A stretch of DNA of 64,000 nucleotides, from positions 736,001-800,000 of the forward strand of contig CM000436.1 of NCBI GenBank assembly GCA_000165345.1, in the 5' to 3' direction. The notes beneath the pieces are model-generated. The model was not told the origin of the DNA. It worked only from the letters and a program-made list of their open reading frames with translations, and made no database searches. The translations under genes and the position numbers were made by a program. Each line of letters starts with the position of its first letter. The first letter of the stretch is position 1. Below are positions 1 to 12,000 of this stretch, piece by piece.

Positions 1-39
1 CAAATTAAAAAGGACTGGCTCCTTGAATACAGAAATGGG

Positions 40-3000
40 TTGAGCTCCGAAGAAATGCAGCAGAGACAGATTGAAGGTAAATCATATACTATGCCATTAC
101 TTAAGGCAATGCTCTTGAGTCACTACAACCGCACAGCATGGAATAATGCCGAAAGCCAGGTTAAGTATTCAAATATTAAAAATGGCCAAACTACTGATGA
201 ACTCAGAGAAATTTCTCAAAGATTAATGGTAGATGAAGATAACAGTGCGAGAGTTCTTTTAGAGAGGAAGTACTGTATGAAGAAGGTTGGACTGTTAGGA
301 AAATTTTCACCGCGCTGGTTCATTTTCAAGGGTACGAATTTGGCTGTTTTCCATTCAGCTCATGAGGAAACCCAACCAAAATTCTACAGCTTAGTTGGTG
401 CAGCATATGAAGTTGAAGATAGAGATTCTTCTCCAAACAAAACATTATGGGCAACCCCAATAGAAATTATTTCTGAAGATGGAAATATTGTGCATAGTGA
501 TGCAAAGTACAGGCTCTCTGTAGTTACAAAAGAGCCAAAAGTAAGACACTTTTGCTTGTACAGTAATAAGAAAGAGGAAATTGCAGATTGGGTAAAAGTT
601 TTCCATGTTGCCAATTTAAATTTGGATCCAAGCCAAGCAGCATTGATTTCTAATGTAATTACTAGAATTGCTCAGAGAGATGTCCCTTCGGCATGGGAAG
701 CATTAGTTTATGAGGCAGAGAACAGGGCGCATAGAGAAACAATGTTAAGGTGTTTTGTTAATAGACTTAGATACCTCAAGGCCACAAGAGTCCTCAATAA
801 GTGGCAAACTATCTATAAGGTACAAAACAAAGATTCCAATGAGGGGTTAAAGTTGTTAGGTAGGGAGGTTATGCTAGGTAGACTTTATCGCCGCGACAAA
901 TTGTTAGTTAGAACTAGCCAACAAAGAGAAGCAATTATTGAGCTTATCCAAGAAGGATATAGAAGAGAAAAGAGCAAAAGCCAGGCTCAAATGAAAGCTT
1001 CTACTGAGAGCATTGAAACTACTGATAGCGACGCAGCTGCCATTGCTGCTACTTCTGAAGGAGCACAAATTAAGCAGGGTCAACAAGGGCGTGATTTTCC
1101 AACTGTTTTTTACGTCAACCCATCAATAGAGAAGTACCATTCCAAAATTTTGGATAGTAAGGAACAATCAATTAAATCAAAATACTCTAAGCATACAATT
1201 ATTCCTACATACCAGGAGGATGCAAATGTTAGGATTTCGAGTGATTTAAGCAGGGTTATTTGGGCCCCAAAAAAGTGGGAATCTGTTGGAAATAAGAATA
1301 TGTTTATCGATGTAGATTCAATATCATCGATTATTGTTAATGCATCAAAGCCCTCATATGCATCAAAGGGACTATACTCTGCTCCTAGTATAGTTAGCGA
1401 ATATGATATCGCTGAATGCGTTGATGAGTATGTATACAGTATGACTGATTCTTGCTTCTCTCATATTGCAGATAAGGAGAAAAGAGAGAGAGACCCACAA
1501 AATAGAATCACTACTGGTAACTGGTTGGCTATTTGCGGTCCAAGATTAGGATTTAAACCAGCATATTCACCAGATTTCCTGATCCGTGATACGCCTGTAG
1601 TTGTTATGAAAGTTAATATCAACATTAAATCTATCAGTTTAAATGAGAGGTTCTCTCGTCTTTATACAGAATATTATCAATATTATGCTGATGAATTGCA
1701 AGAAATGACTCCTTATGAGAAGACAACCACAATGGCAGCCTTAACTTATGGTGATAACTCTCAAACCACCAAATTGAACACCATCAAATCTTTGGTTTCA
1801 AACGTCCAAACAAATGAAGAAATAGTACGTGATTACGGCACAATGACAAGTAGCATCTCTAGCATTAGGAGACTATTTACAGCAGCATCAAACATTGATA
1901 ACGAAACAATTGAAAATAATCTTAAGGAATCAGGATCTTCAAACTTTGAAAATCAAATTAAACCATCAAACTCTACAGTTGCATCGATAAGAAACCTTTT
2001 CACAAAAAATATTTCAAATGTCAAAGATTTTAATTCTCCAAGATCATCACCAGTAAGATCTCAGACGAAATCTGCAACTGTTACAGGCACAAAACCCGCA
2101 AGGCAAATTGATGGATTAGTGCTCCCTCCAGAACTAAGTGTTATTGATCCATTTAAAACAGTCCAGGTTGAAAGAAACCTAGAGATAAGGGATAGCACAG
2201 TTCAAACATATCTAAGAATTACAGCCTTTCATCAATCTTATACATCTGCTCATGCTGTAGGCGTTAATCCAACATATGACTTGAATTTTTGCGTTGATGT
2301 CCCATTGATGACATCAAATGCTTCAAAAGAGATGATTAATGAGGCAAGAATCAAAGCTATGGAAGATGCTATTTGTACAGTCGACCTTTGGGTTAAGTCG
2401 CCAATTGATTGTGTTCCGGATGAACTTATTGCATCTATTGATATTCCTCTAAAGGAATTGAGCAACAGTGATAGACTTTCCAGACAAAGATCTCAGTTTA
2501 TTGCTGCTGATTCATTCATTCTTAAGCAACCAGTTCCTGATTTAAAATCTAGTGTTAGTGGCAATTCAAGAGCAATTCAAATACTTAAATATTTGGGTCT
2601 TCTAGATCCAAGTAGCGAAAATTTGGAAGATTTACCACTTGGTCAATTGGATATTTCTGCTGATTCAGTCATTGAGACATCAATTATGGGAGAAAACCCT
2701 ATTTCACCTGAAACTATTTGTTTAGGTGGTCTTCAGGGTCTTTCTTCTTATTCAATTGATCAGTCTACAAATCAAAATATCAGACAAAAGAATGGAGATT
2801 GTGTTGAATTATATATTGGGCAAGTAAAACTTGATCCAAATTGGACTCCAGGTCTGTACTTTGTTGAAGTTATTATGGGAGATGTTAGTTGTATGACTCA
2901 CTTAGTTCAAACAAGATACGATTCAATTTCTGCTGATTTCCGTTCTCATCTGTATATTCCAAGATATGATAATCAACTTGGAGTTGATCCAAAGTGCTTA

Positions 3001-6000
3001 CAAATATTGATAAGACGTGCATTGGGAACTGAAGATAGATGTTCCTCATTGGCTAGGTTACTCCAAGATTCTGTTATAATGGGTGAGTTAATTGTAGACG
3101 TCACAAAGTTAACGATGAATGAACCACACAGTAGCAATGGACTTTATGCTGTCTTCAAACCAACTACATCTGCACTCTATGGAAGTAGAGGTTTGGATTA
3201 TGCTTTAGAAATAGCCCAGTTGGGGCCAAAATCTGATGAGTTGCAAGAAGCAAAACAACACATCATGTTAGATGTTCAAATTAGAATGATGATCACATTG
3301 AGAAGAAAAACAGACGTAACATTAAAAAAAGTAATTGATCAATCAGATGACTTTAAATTAGTGGGTGATACTGCGCTACTAGTTGTAGAAGAAGAGCTGA
3401 AATATCCAATTTCGCAAAAAGAATTCCATGTAAAATGCTGCCCTGGTAATTTTGATACATTAAAAGCTGGAACTCTTGGATTGCCATTAAGATCAGTTGG
3501 AAACTATATAGAATACGAAATTGGAGGGTTCCAAGAAAATTCAGATCAACAAATCAACGATTTGAATACTCTAAACAAATTCGAGAACGATAGCATTTTA
3601 AACGAAGAATTAGAAGCTATTGATGCTCAGCCAGTTCCGTTATATGCGAGCGATCCAGTACCTGCTCAATTCTATCTCCCGGAAGATCCACGCACATTTA
3701 GAAGCCGTAAGTTACCAGGTATTTGGCATCGAATATTGGCTGATGGATTTAGACCAGGGGAACGCGTAACGAGACTTACACATCGTGTTAGATATGTTCC
3801 AGTTACTATTATTGCAATATATAAAAACAGGACTGCTTTGTGCAGATGGGCAGAAAATGTTTCTATAAATCCAACAGAATTTCCTGAAGGCTGTGTATTC
3901 ATCCCAGAACAAAGATTAGTCATGGGCGTTCCGCTTTCATTTCTTTCAACCCCACATAAAGCTGGTATTCATGTATATGATTCGACTATCACTAGACTAC
4001 CGGATAACAGTATAACATTGTTAAGTGATATAACGAACTATGGTGGATACATGCCATTGAGCGTTAACCCAATATTCTGTGAATATGAATGGGTACTCTG
4101 GATTAAGGCAGAGACCCCTCAACAAATGACTTTATGGGCAACAATTATTAGGAATACTGTAAGAGAAAGAGCATTTAGACGTGTTAGGGCATATGAAAGA
4201 ACCAGAGATATAATGAATAATGAAGAAGAGGTTGAAAATAATGATTGTAAAGCTTCTACTTCCATGATCTCAAGAAATTCGAATGGTCAATCATACTTAG
4301 AAAAACGATATGACAGTGGAGAATTAGAAGTTGTAGTACATAGCTCAAAGATTTTGTGTAAAAGTAATCAATCATTAAACTTTTATTCAGTTTTCCAATG
4401 GGCAAGAATACCAAAACAATTATACGAAATGATTGAAAATGAAGGAAATTATGATGTTAAGAGTAGTATTCGCCAAGCAATAAAAAGAATTATTGAGGAA
4501 AGTATTCTTGGATTTAATATGAAAAATAGAAGTTCAGTTACCGACCAATTGACTCCTCAAGAATTGAGGCCTGCACCAATAGATATGAGTACTGCAAAAC
4601 TGCATGCAAGCTATATTCCATTTAGTCTTTCAACTCAAATAAAAGAGAATAATTTGTACTCTGTTGATAGGATAAAAGATGAATTCTTAATTTTGGTTAC
4701 AAAAATAACATTCAGTTCTTATTACCTTTCAAATCTATGCAAAAATGTTTTACCAGATGAAACTTCTCCATATGTAAAGAATTCGAAGGAAGCCAAATTA
4801 TTGGATAAGATTAGCGGCGAATTGGTTGGCGTAGTTCCTGACAAACTAGACAAAAATAAGTTGACAAATGAAGTTTATAATACATATAGATGTAGGTTTT
4901 ATAATAACAAAGATACGTGCGAACAGGGAGGAAGTGTATTCAGTACAACTCATATTGATACAAGTGATGAAGTTCCACTTTTAATTATTAAACTATTCCA
5001 AGAGTCAAATGATGGTTTGGATACATTTATTGGCCATGTAATATTGAATACTGTTGATTACCTGACTCCAGAAAATCCATTCCAAATTAAATACAAAAAA
5101 ATCAATCCAAGATATACTTATATTGTTTCTGCTTCAGGTACCGGTGGTAAGATGTATAGTTTTGATACAGTTCCTGATGCATTAAACTTTGTAATGTCCC
5201 AAAATAAAGAAATAACTGTTGAAGAATTTTATAGGGCATTATATGGAGAAACAAATCAAGCAAGAAGAATTCATGGTCCATGGAGAGTCAGAGTGCAAGA
5301 AAATATTGAATACCATGGTGACGTTTGTTTAATGGTTAGATATGGCCCCACTGATATTCGGCTATTGACAGAATTCCAACCCACTGCTAATGATTATAAG
5401 GAACATATCTTAGATTATCATAGAAAGCAATTTGATGACAGTGGTATTCCATATATTCATACAGTTTATGATCCCAATACACCATTTGCAGTTAAGATAG
5501 CAAGAATATTCGGGAACAAGTTTGGTCAATTGAATGGAAATGTTTTTGATTTGTTAAAGAAATATTCAGATGACACGAAAATGCTTAAATTGATACAAAT
5601 GTATTTATTAAGACCAGCTGAACAATGGGTTTACGAGAGAAGTCTTTATGAACAAATGTTATTCTTAGAACCATTGACAGATTTAATCGAAAAGCAGAAT
5701 ATGACAAGATGGAAATATTTATTAGCAGATTCTAATAATAGAGGTTTACAACAATGGGAACAACTATACCGTCAAGGTTTATTATTGCATAAAGTTGATG
5801 AATTATCATATGATAGTTGGTCTATATTAGTAAATGCTAATGTTCGTGACCGTTTGCCATCGATTTTACTTGAATTATGGAATGGAGAAGAATATTTAGG
5901 TGAATATTTATTGCCTTCGTTGTCATCCTTACTATTAAGTAAGATTAACACTACAGTTAGGCTACATACATCTGCTTTGGCTAGAGAAAATGATAAGAAA

Positions 6001-9000
6001 ACACGTTATGACATCCGAAAGGAAAATTTAACAAGTTCAAAATTGTCTACATTTATAAATATGGAAATTAGTTGGAGAATCAAAAGCACGACTGAAGGTA
6101 TATTTGGATTGATAGTAAAAGATGTCAGAAATGTTGTTTCTGAATTAACAGATGACTTAAATGAAATTAAACCTCAAATACATGTTTATCAGTACTTTTC
6201 AGATAACGATCAATGGAGAATAATGGAAATAACTAAGCCTAGTATTGCTACAAGAACAATTTTGGGCATCGAAACTCCAGAAAAATTAAAAAAACAAAAT
6301 ATTGAATGGAATAATGTTTTTGTTTATAGCCGAGACAGAATTGTCGATCTTCAGTTCCCAATATCAATTCCTGCTATGGTTGAATCAGTCCCAATTGTAT
6401 TTAACTTTAATGAATTGTTGCTCTCAGATAATAATAGTATCAAATTAGACAAAGATGAAAATAATGAGGTTGTTGAAAAAATATGGTCATTATTGAAATC
6501 AGGAGTTCCAAACTATTATCGTCCGTATATTTGGATGCAGCTAAGCGGCGCAAATGACTTAAAGAACTCAATCCAGAAAAAATGGCAATCGTTGAATGAT
6601 TCAAATAAATGTGGTCATGACACGTTATTCTCATATTTAATTGAGTATGCAGATACATGTAATTCTTGCGTATTGAGGCAGTTAGATGAAGATATTGAAT
6701 CAGCGAAAATACGTTATCACATGTGCGAATCAATATTGGGCATTGATCAAGTTCATACTTTCTGGGAAAATGTCCGTTATATTATGAGAGCATTAATTGT
6801 TTTCTCATTAAGAAAGAAGTATAATATTTATAACTGCGAAAAATTCCATGTTGGATTGCCATTACAATATGCATTTGGCCTATTATCCTTAACTATCGAA
6901 TTATTAATGAATTTTGGTGGTGTCTGTTTAACTCCAGAAGATGTTTTCTATCTAGTTTATTCTGTGTGTGGTTCTAGGCATAATATTTATTTAAAATCTA
7001 ATAATGAAGAAGATAAAAAAGATGAAAATAGATCTTTGAAGAATAAGAAATTGATAAAAGGTGCTCTATTGCCTTATTATACAACAGAAGAACAAGAAGA
7101 TGATTTAAACAATGATATGCCTGCGCAGATTAATGATATCATTTTCTTAAAGAGTGCTTTAGAATTACTACATCCATTTGAATACGATAATATGTTAGCA
7201 TCCGGGTTTCAGCTTGAAGAAATATTTTATGGATGTCTAACATCAATATTTGCAGGCTCATTACCATCTTCAACAATTACACAATTGTATGATTTATTGT
7301 TCAATGTATACTTCCAACCAAAAGATATTTTCATGAAAAGAGGAGAGCACCATCATAAACATGATCATAAAAATGATATTGATTATAATGATAATAAAAT
7401 AAATATTTCACTTAGTAGGCGTATTTTAATATGCTTATCTTACTTTATCATAACAGAATCATATCGTGAAATTAATATCAACCCATTGATTTCTTCTAAG
7501 TGTATTCGTGAAACTATTAAATCTACTATGGCTACTATGAGAGATCCATTAGAAATGGTACACGGTATTGAAAGAGCTGATTTTATCATTTTTGGAAACA
7601 AGAAAATTTATGAAACTATATTAAAATTATATGAGACATATATTATTTCATATCAAGAATCTTTATGGTTTTCGAAAAAGCAAAATTCGGTGTTAGAAAA
7701 AATGATCAATATGACCCCATTACAAAATCAACATGGTAGTGATGCACCTTCACATTTAGGAATGAGATTCATTGGAGGAAGATATGTACCCAAGACTGTT
7801 GCTTCTCCTGGATTATCACTAAAAGATTTAACAGAGTCATTATATCCATTAATTAAATTCCAAGCACTCTATGCGGGGAGAAATCTGCATCAATTACCAC
7901 CTGGAATTGCTGGTTATGTAATAATAAAAATAGATGAAGTACGTGAATTTGCCAAATATAATGAACCCATATCTCCGGTAGTTTGTGTGAGAATGGACCA
8001 ATATAAAGTTGCAACAGACCCTGCAACTGAAAGATGTTCTAGATCATTTATATGGAAATCAAATAACGTATTTATGTTCCCAATACCGATTTGGAAATCT
8101 CCTACACAAAAGAAAAATTTAAATGGACGCAACAGCTATCATTTACATAAAGAGTCATCTGAGTCTGAAATGCCGTTGACCGTTGAAATTTTTATCGAAG
8201 TTTTGGATTCCGAAGCGCTTGATGATGAAAATAAATTATTGTGTTCAGCACAATTAAGTTTAGACAGGTGGTCAACTGACGGTGGTAGCTTATCATTAAA
8301 TGGTGATGATGGAACATTAGCAATATATAATGATTGTAATAAAATGAGCTTACTATTTTCATGGTATACATATGTACCAAATAGTGAGTTGGACACAAGC
8401 GCTTTATTACCATTTTCATTTGGAAAACAACAATGGGGTGATTATGGTGGCTACCACTGTATCTATGCACCAGTTAATGTAGAGTCATATAGGAATGAAT
8501 TGCATTCCGAATTAAAAGAGGAAAAATTGAAAGAATGGGAATCAGAGCCAAGACAAAGCGTATTAGATATTATTCGTGGTCATAGAAAAATGGATGAGAG
8601 TGGTGGAAATTTAGATGCTTTACCAACAATGAGATCCATGTATCCCGGTAAATTGGAAATCAGCACTGGAAAGTACGGCCCAACTAGATCGCAATTGCAA
8701 CAATTGTTTTTCTTCTCAGCTCCTTCTCTTTTACCATACGTTGACGAGATTGTCGAGAGTTTTGCAAAAATATCTATGAACTCATCAGAGGAGAAGGTTA
8801 CATTAACCCCAGTACCTTTAAGAGAACTCATTGCATCCATTATTTTATGTTCCCGTGGTACATTAAGCGAAAAAGCCAATTTATTATTTGATTTATTTGG
8901 CTATGATGATGCAAATCGATTGTCTGTAGCATTCCATTCAATGTATTATTCTCATACTCCTCAGTATCCAGCGGCTATTCAAATTGGTTCCCAATTAAAT

Positions 9001-12000
9001 ACTCATTTACCAGTTGAGGTATCTGATAAACTAGGTGTTGCTCCTTCAAATGTAATTTCACTAGCAGGCGTGGCAGCAATAGTACAAACTGCATGCATAC
9101 GTTCAAATATACCATTAGATAATGTTGGAATTTACCAAATTACAGCTTCAGTATTTGACCATTATTTCGATGTACCTAGTGTTGTAAAAGCATTGATTAT
9201 ACCTCCTAAGGGATATGATGGGCGTGTATCTAAGGAATATATTACACATAATTATCGCAATTTGAAGTATGATACGAGCTCAATATCAAATACTGAAGAT
9301 ATTACAATAGATAATATGAATATTTTTAGTGATTGCAAAGGAAGTAAGGGTATCTTTAACTCAATTAATTGTATGAATGGTAAAAGTGTTAAAGAAAATG
9401 CATACTGGTATAACATCGATCATATGATTGACAGTAAATTTATTTTGGATGTATCGAGATCCATAACACACCATATTAGAAAAAATGCATCTTTGGAAGG
9501 GTTATTTGGAATTGATTTCTCTGTTCATACTTGCCTAAGGCATTTTGATATTAATGATCCTTTCCCAGGTTTAATTAAAACATTAAGAATAATTATTAGT
9601 GGGAAGAGAAGTAAACATGAAATTAGAATAATTGATCTAACAATTGATGAGAAAGGCCACTTTATTGATTCAAGAGTACAATATGGTACAGAAACTAGTG
9701 ATGATTTGCACACGACAGATGTTAGAGGAGCAAATCAATTCAGACAAGCATTTGAATCAGGTTTAGCAACTGTCGATTTCCCAAGACTGTTGTTTAGTGA
9801 CGGAGCTGCAAATGGTAAAGAAAGAGTGCCTACTGCTAGTTTTGTCTTCAATCTACACAATATCTTAATTGATAAATATAGTTTTGTTACAAAATTCTGT
9901 GATTTCACATTAGTAACAGAAGCAATAAGGAGAATAACTGCTAATGATCGTACATGCGAGCCTAATCGATATCTTAAATTAAATGTAGAAGTTAATTTAA
10001 CCCTCGAAGAAAACAGATCTTATCCTCACTACAGCGTTGATGAAATCCTAGGCGTTCCATTAAAAATAATGAATAATAATGACGAGCTAGCAAATCAATT
10101 AAGCCAATCTCTAGTAATCTCTGGCTCAAATAATAATATTGGTAATCAAAGTCAGAGAAGTGTTATTTCAATGAATGCCTCAACATTAATGAATGAAGAT
10201 GGATACATGACTCAAAGATCAATGATTTCAACTAATTCAAAACAAGTATTCGAGCCGTCTTTATCGGTGCATTCTTCAATGCCTTTATTAACAGAGGGTG
10301 AAGACACAAATGAAGATGTTGGTTGTCAAAGTATAGAAGCAGAGAAGTTGAAATCAGGTATTTCATTAACGAGCAGCAATAGCATTGCTAAAGGTGAGAT
10401 TGAAAAGATGTTATCAAAGAAATCTACTTTAGTTGGAGATGAAGAATTGGAAAAAATGGTTTCAAACAATTCATATCAAGACAATAACGTTAATAATGCC
10501 GAAAAGTTGCCGACAAGAACGGAGAGTAACTCAGGGGCTGTATTAAAGCAAGCTTCTACTGCAACTTCTAGGATTGCTGCTTTGTTTATGACTAGGCAAT
10601 CTTCATTGTTTAATTCTCTATCATTCAATAATGATGGCGAAAATAATAAAGAAGCCGACGGTACTTTAGATTCTAAATTGAATTCTATTGCTAAATCATC
10701 TTCAAAAATTTCTGATGAAGAGATAAATAAAATAGAATCAACTTCTATTCCAAGAAATAAATCTTACAATATTGATGAAGATGAGGAAGAGCTTAAAGTG
10801 GATGAAGAAGAGGAAATGTTATTGCAACAACAACAATTATCTTCAGCAATTAATTCATTTAACTCTAAAAGAATAAATTCTCAAACAAGTCTACTTAGCG
10901 CAGTAAGTCGCGGCGCATCAACTGTAAATCTATGCCGTACATTCACTAGAGGAAATTTTGGCTCATATTATGAGGCTGAAGGCAAGACAGAGTATCAGGT
11001 TGATATTCCTTTTAGACCACCAGGCCAGGTAGAAGAGAGGCATAATATTAGAGTTTATTTGGCTGACAGCATCCGTGTTTTAAAGAATAAGGTAATGGAA
11101 GCTTGCAAATCAATTGCTCAAAGGTTACAAGAAAGTGGAATTGATAATGGATTGTATAAAGAGATTGTATTAGGGCCACATCATGTAGTTGAGCTAGTTG
11201 TTACTGACTTTGATGGCCATATTCGTTATTTGCCTTTATTAAATGAAACAAACTCTATTGAAGACTATATTCTTTCAAATGAAGATTTACTGCAAGAATT
11301 TATAACTTCGAATATGAATAGCATTCTTAACATCAGAATCATTCCACCAAAGAATTTACAAACAGAGAAATCAACTAGAATCGTTAATGAGATGCAACAC
11401 GAAAGTGGTGGAGCTTGTATTACAAGTATGTATTTGGCAAATGAGCTTGCAAACCACGAAATATTGGAAGATGGATTATTAGTTAGGAACCCATTAGGGT
11501 TTAGAACATATTTCCATAAGGCTCATTATGAAATAAGAAACAAGATGATTGAAATTGAACCGGGAAAAGTGGTATCTTTGGATAATTTATGTTTTGTAAG
11601 AAAAAGTAATACAGTACTAAATAACCTAGCAGCATGCATAAATTTAGATTGGAATGTTGATGAATGGGTTCCAGCAGTTGCAATTAGAGGAATTAATACA
11701 TTCTTGGATGAACTTGAAGGCATTCATTCTGAGTCGGTGCGTGGCCGCACATCTAGAATTCCGCAAGCAGTATTAAGTGCATCGTCAACGATCGGAGGGT
11801 TTATGCCAGTAACATTAGGAGCATATAACCCAATTTCTGCTGCGTTTGACTATGGTTATGGAGCAAGAAATGGAAGCATATCTGTTTCAAATAATCATAG
11901 AAACTTTGGAAATGGATCTAGTACAAAGAGGTACAAAACTGGAACGAATTCGGGCACTAAGAAATTTGGAACGACTACAACTGGTATAGCCAGTACAAAC

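Noticed and set aside
384-11723. Numerous short ORFs of 60-118 aa, antisense to or nested inside the giant CDS and other long CDSs (for example 384-614, 3672-3923, 8192-8470 and 22137-22493).
   Set aside because: They are fully embedded in much longer ORFs with clear homology or codon bias. Several start at TTG. They are typical random ORFs in AT-rich DNA.
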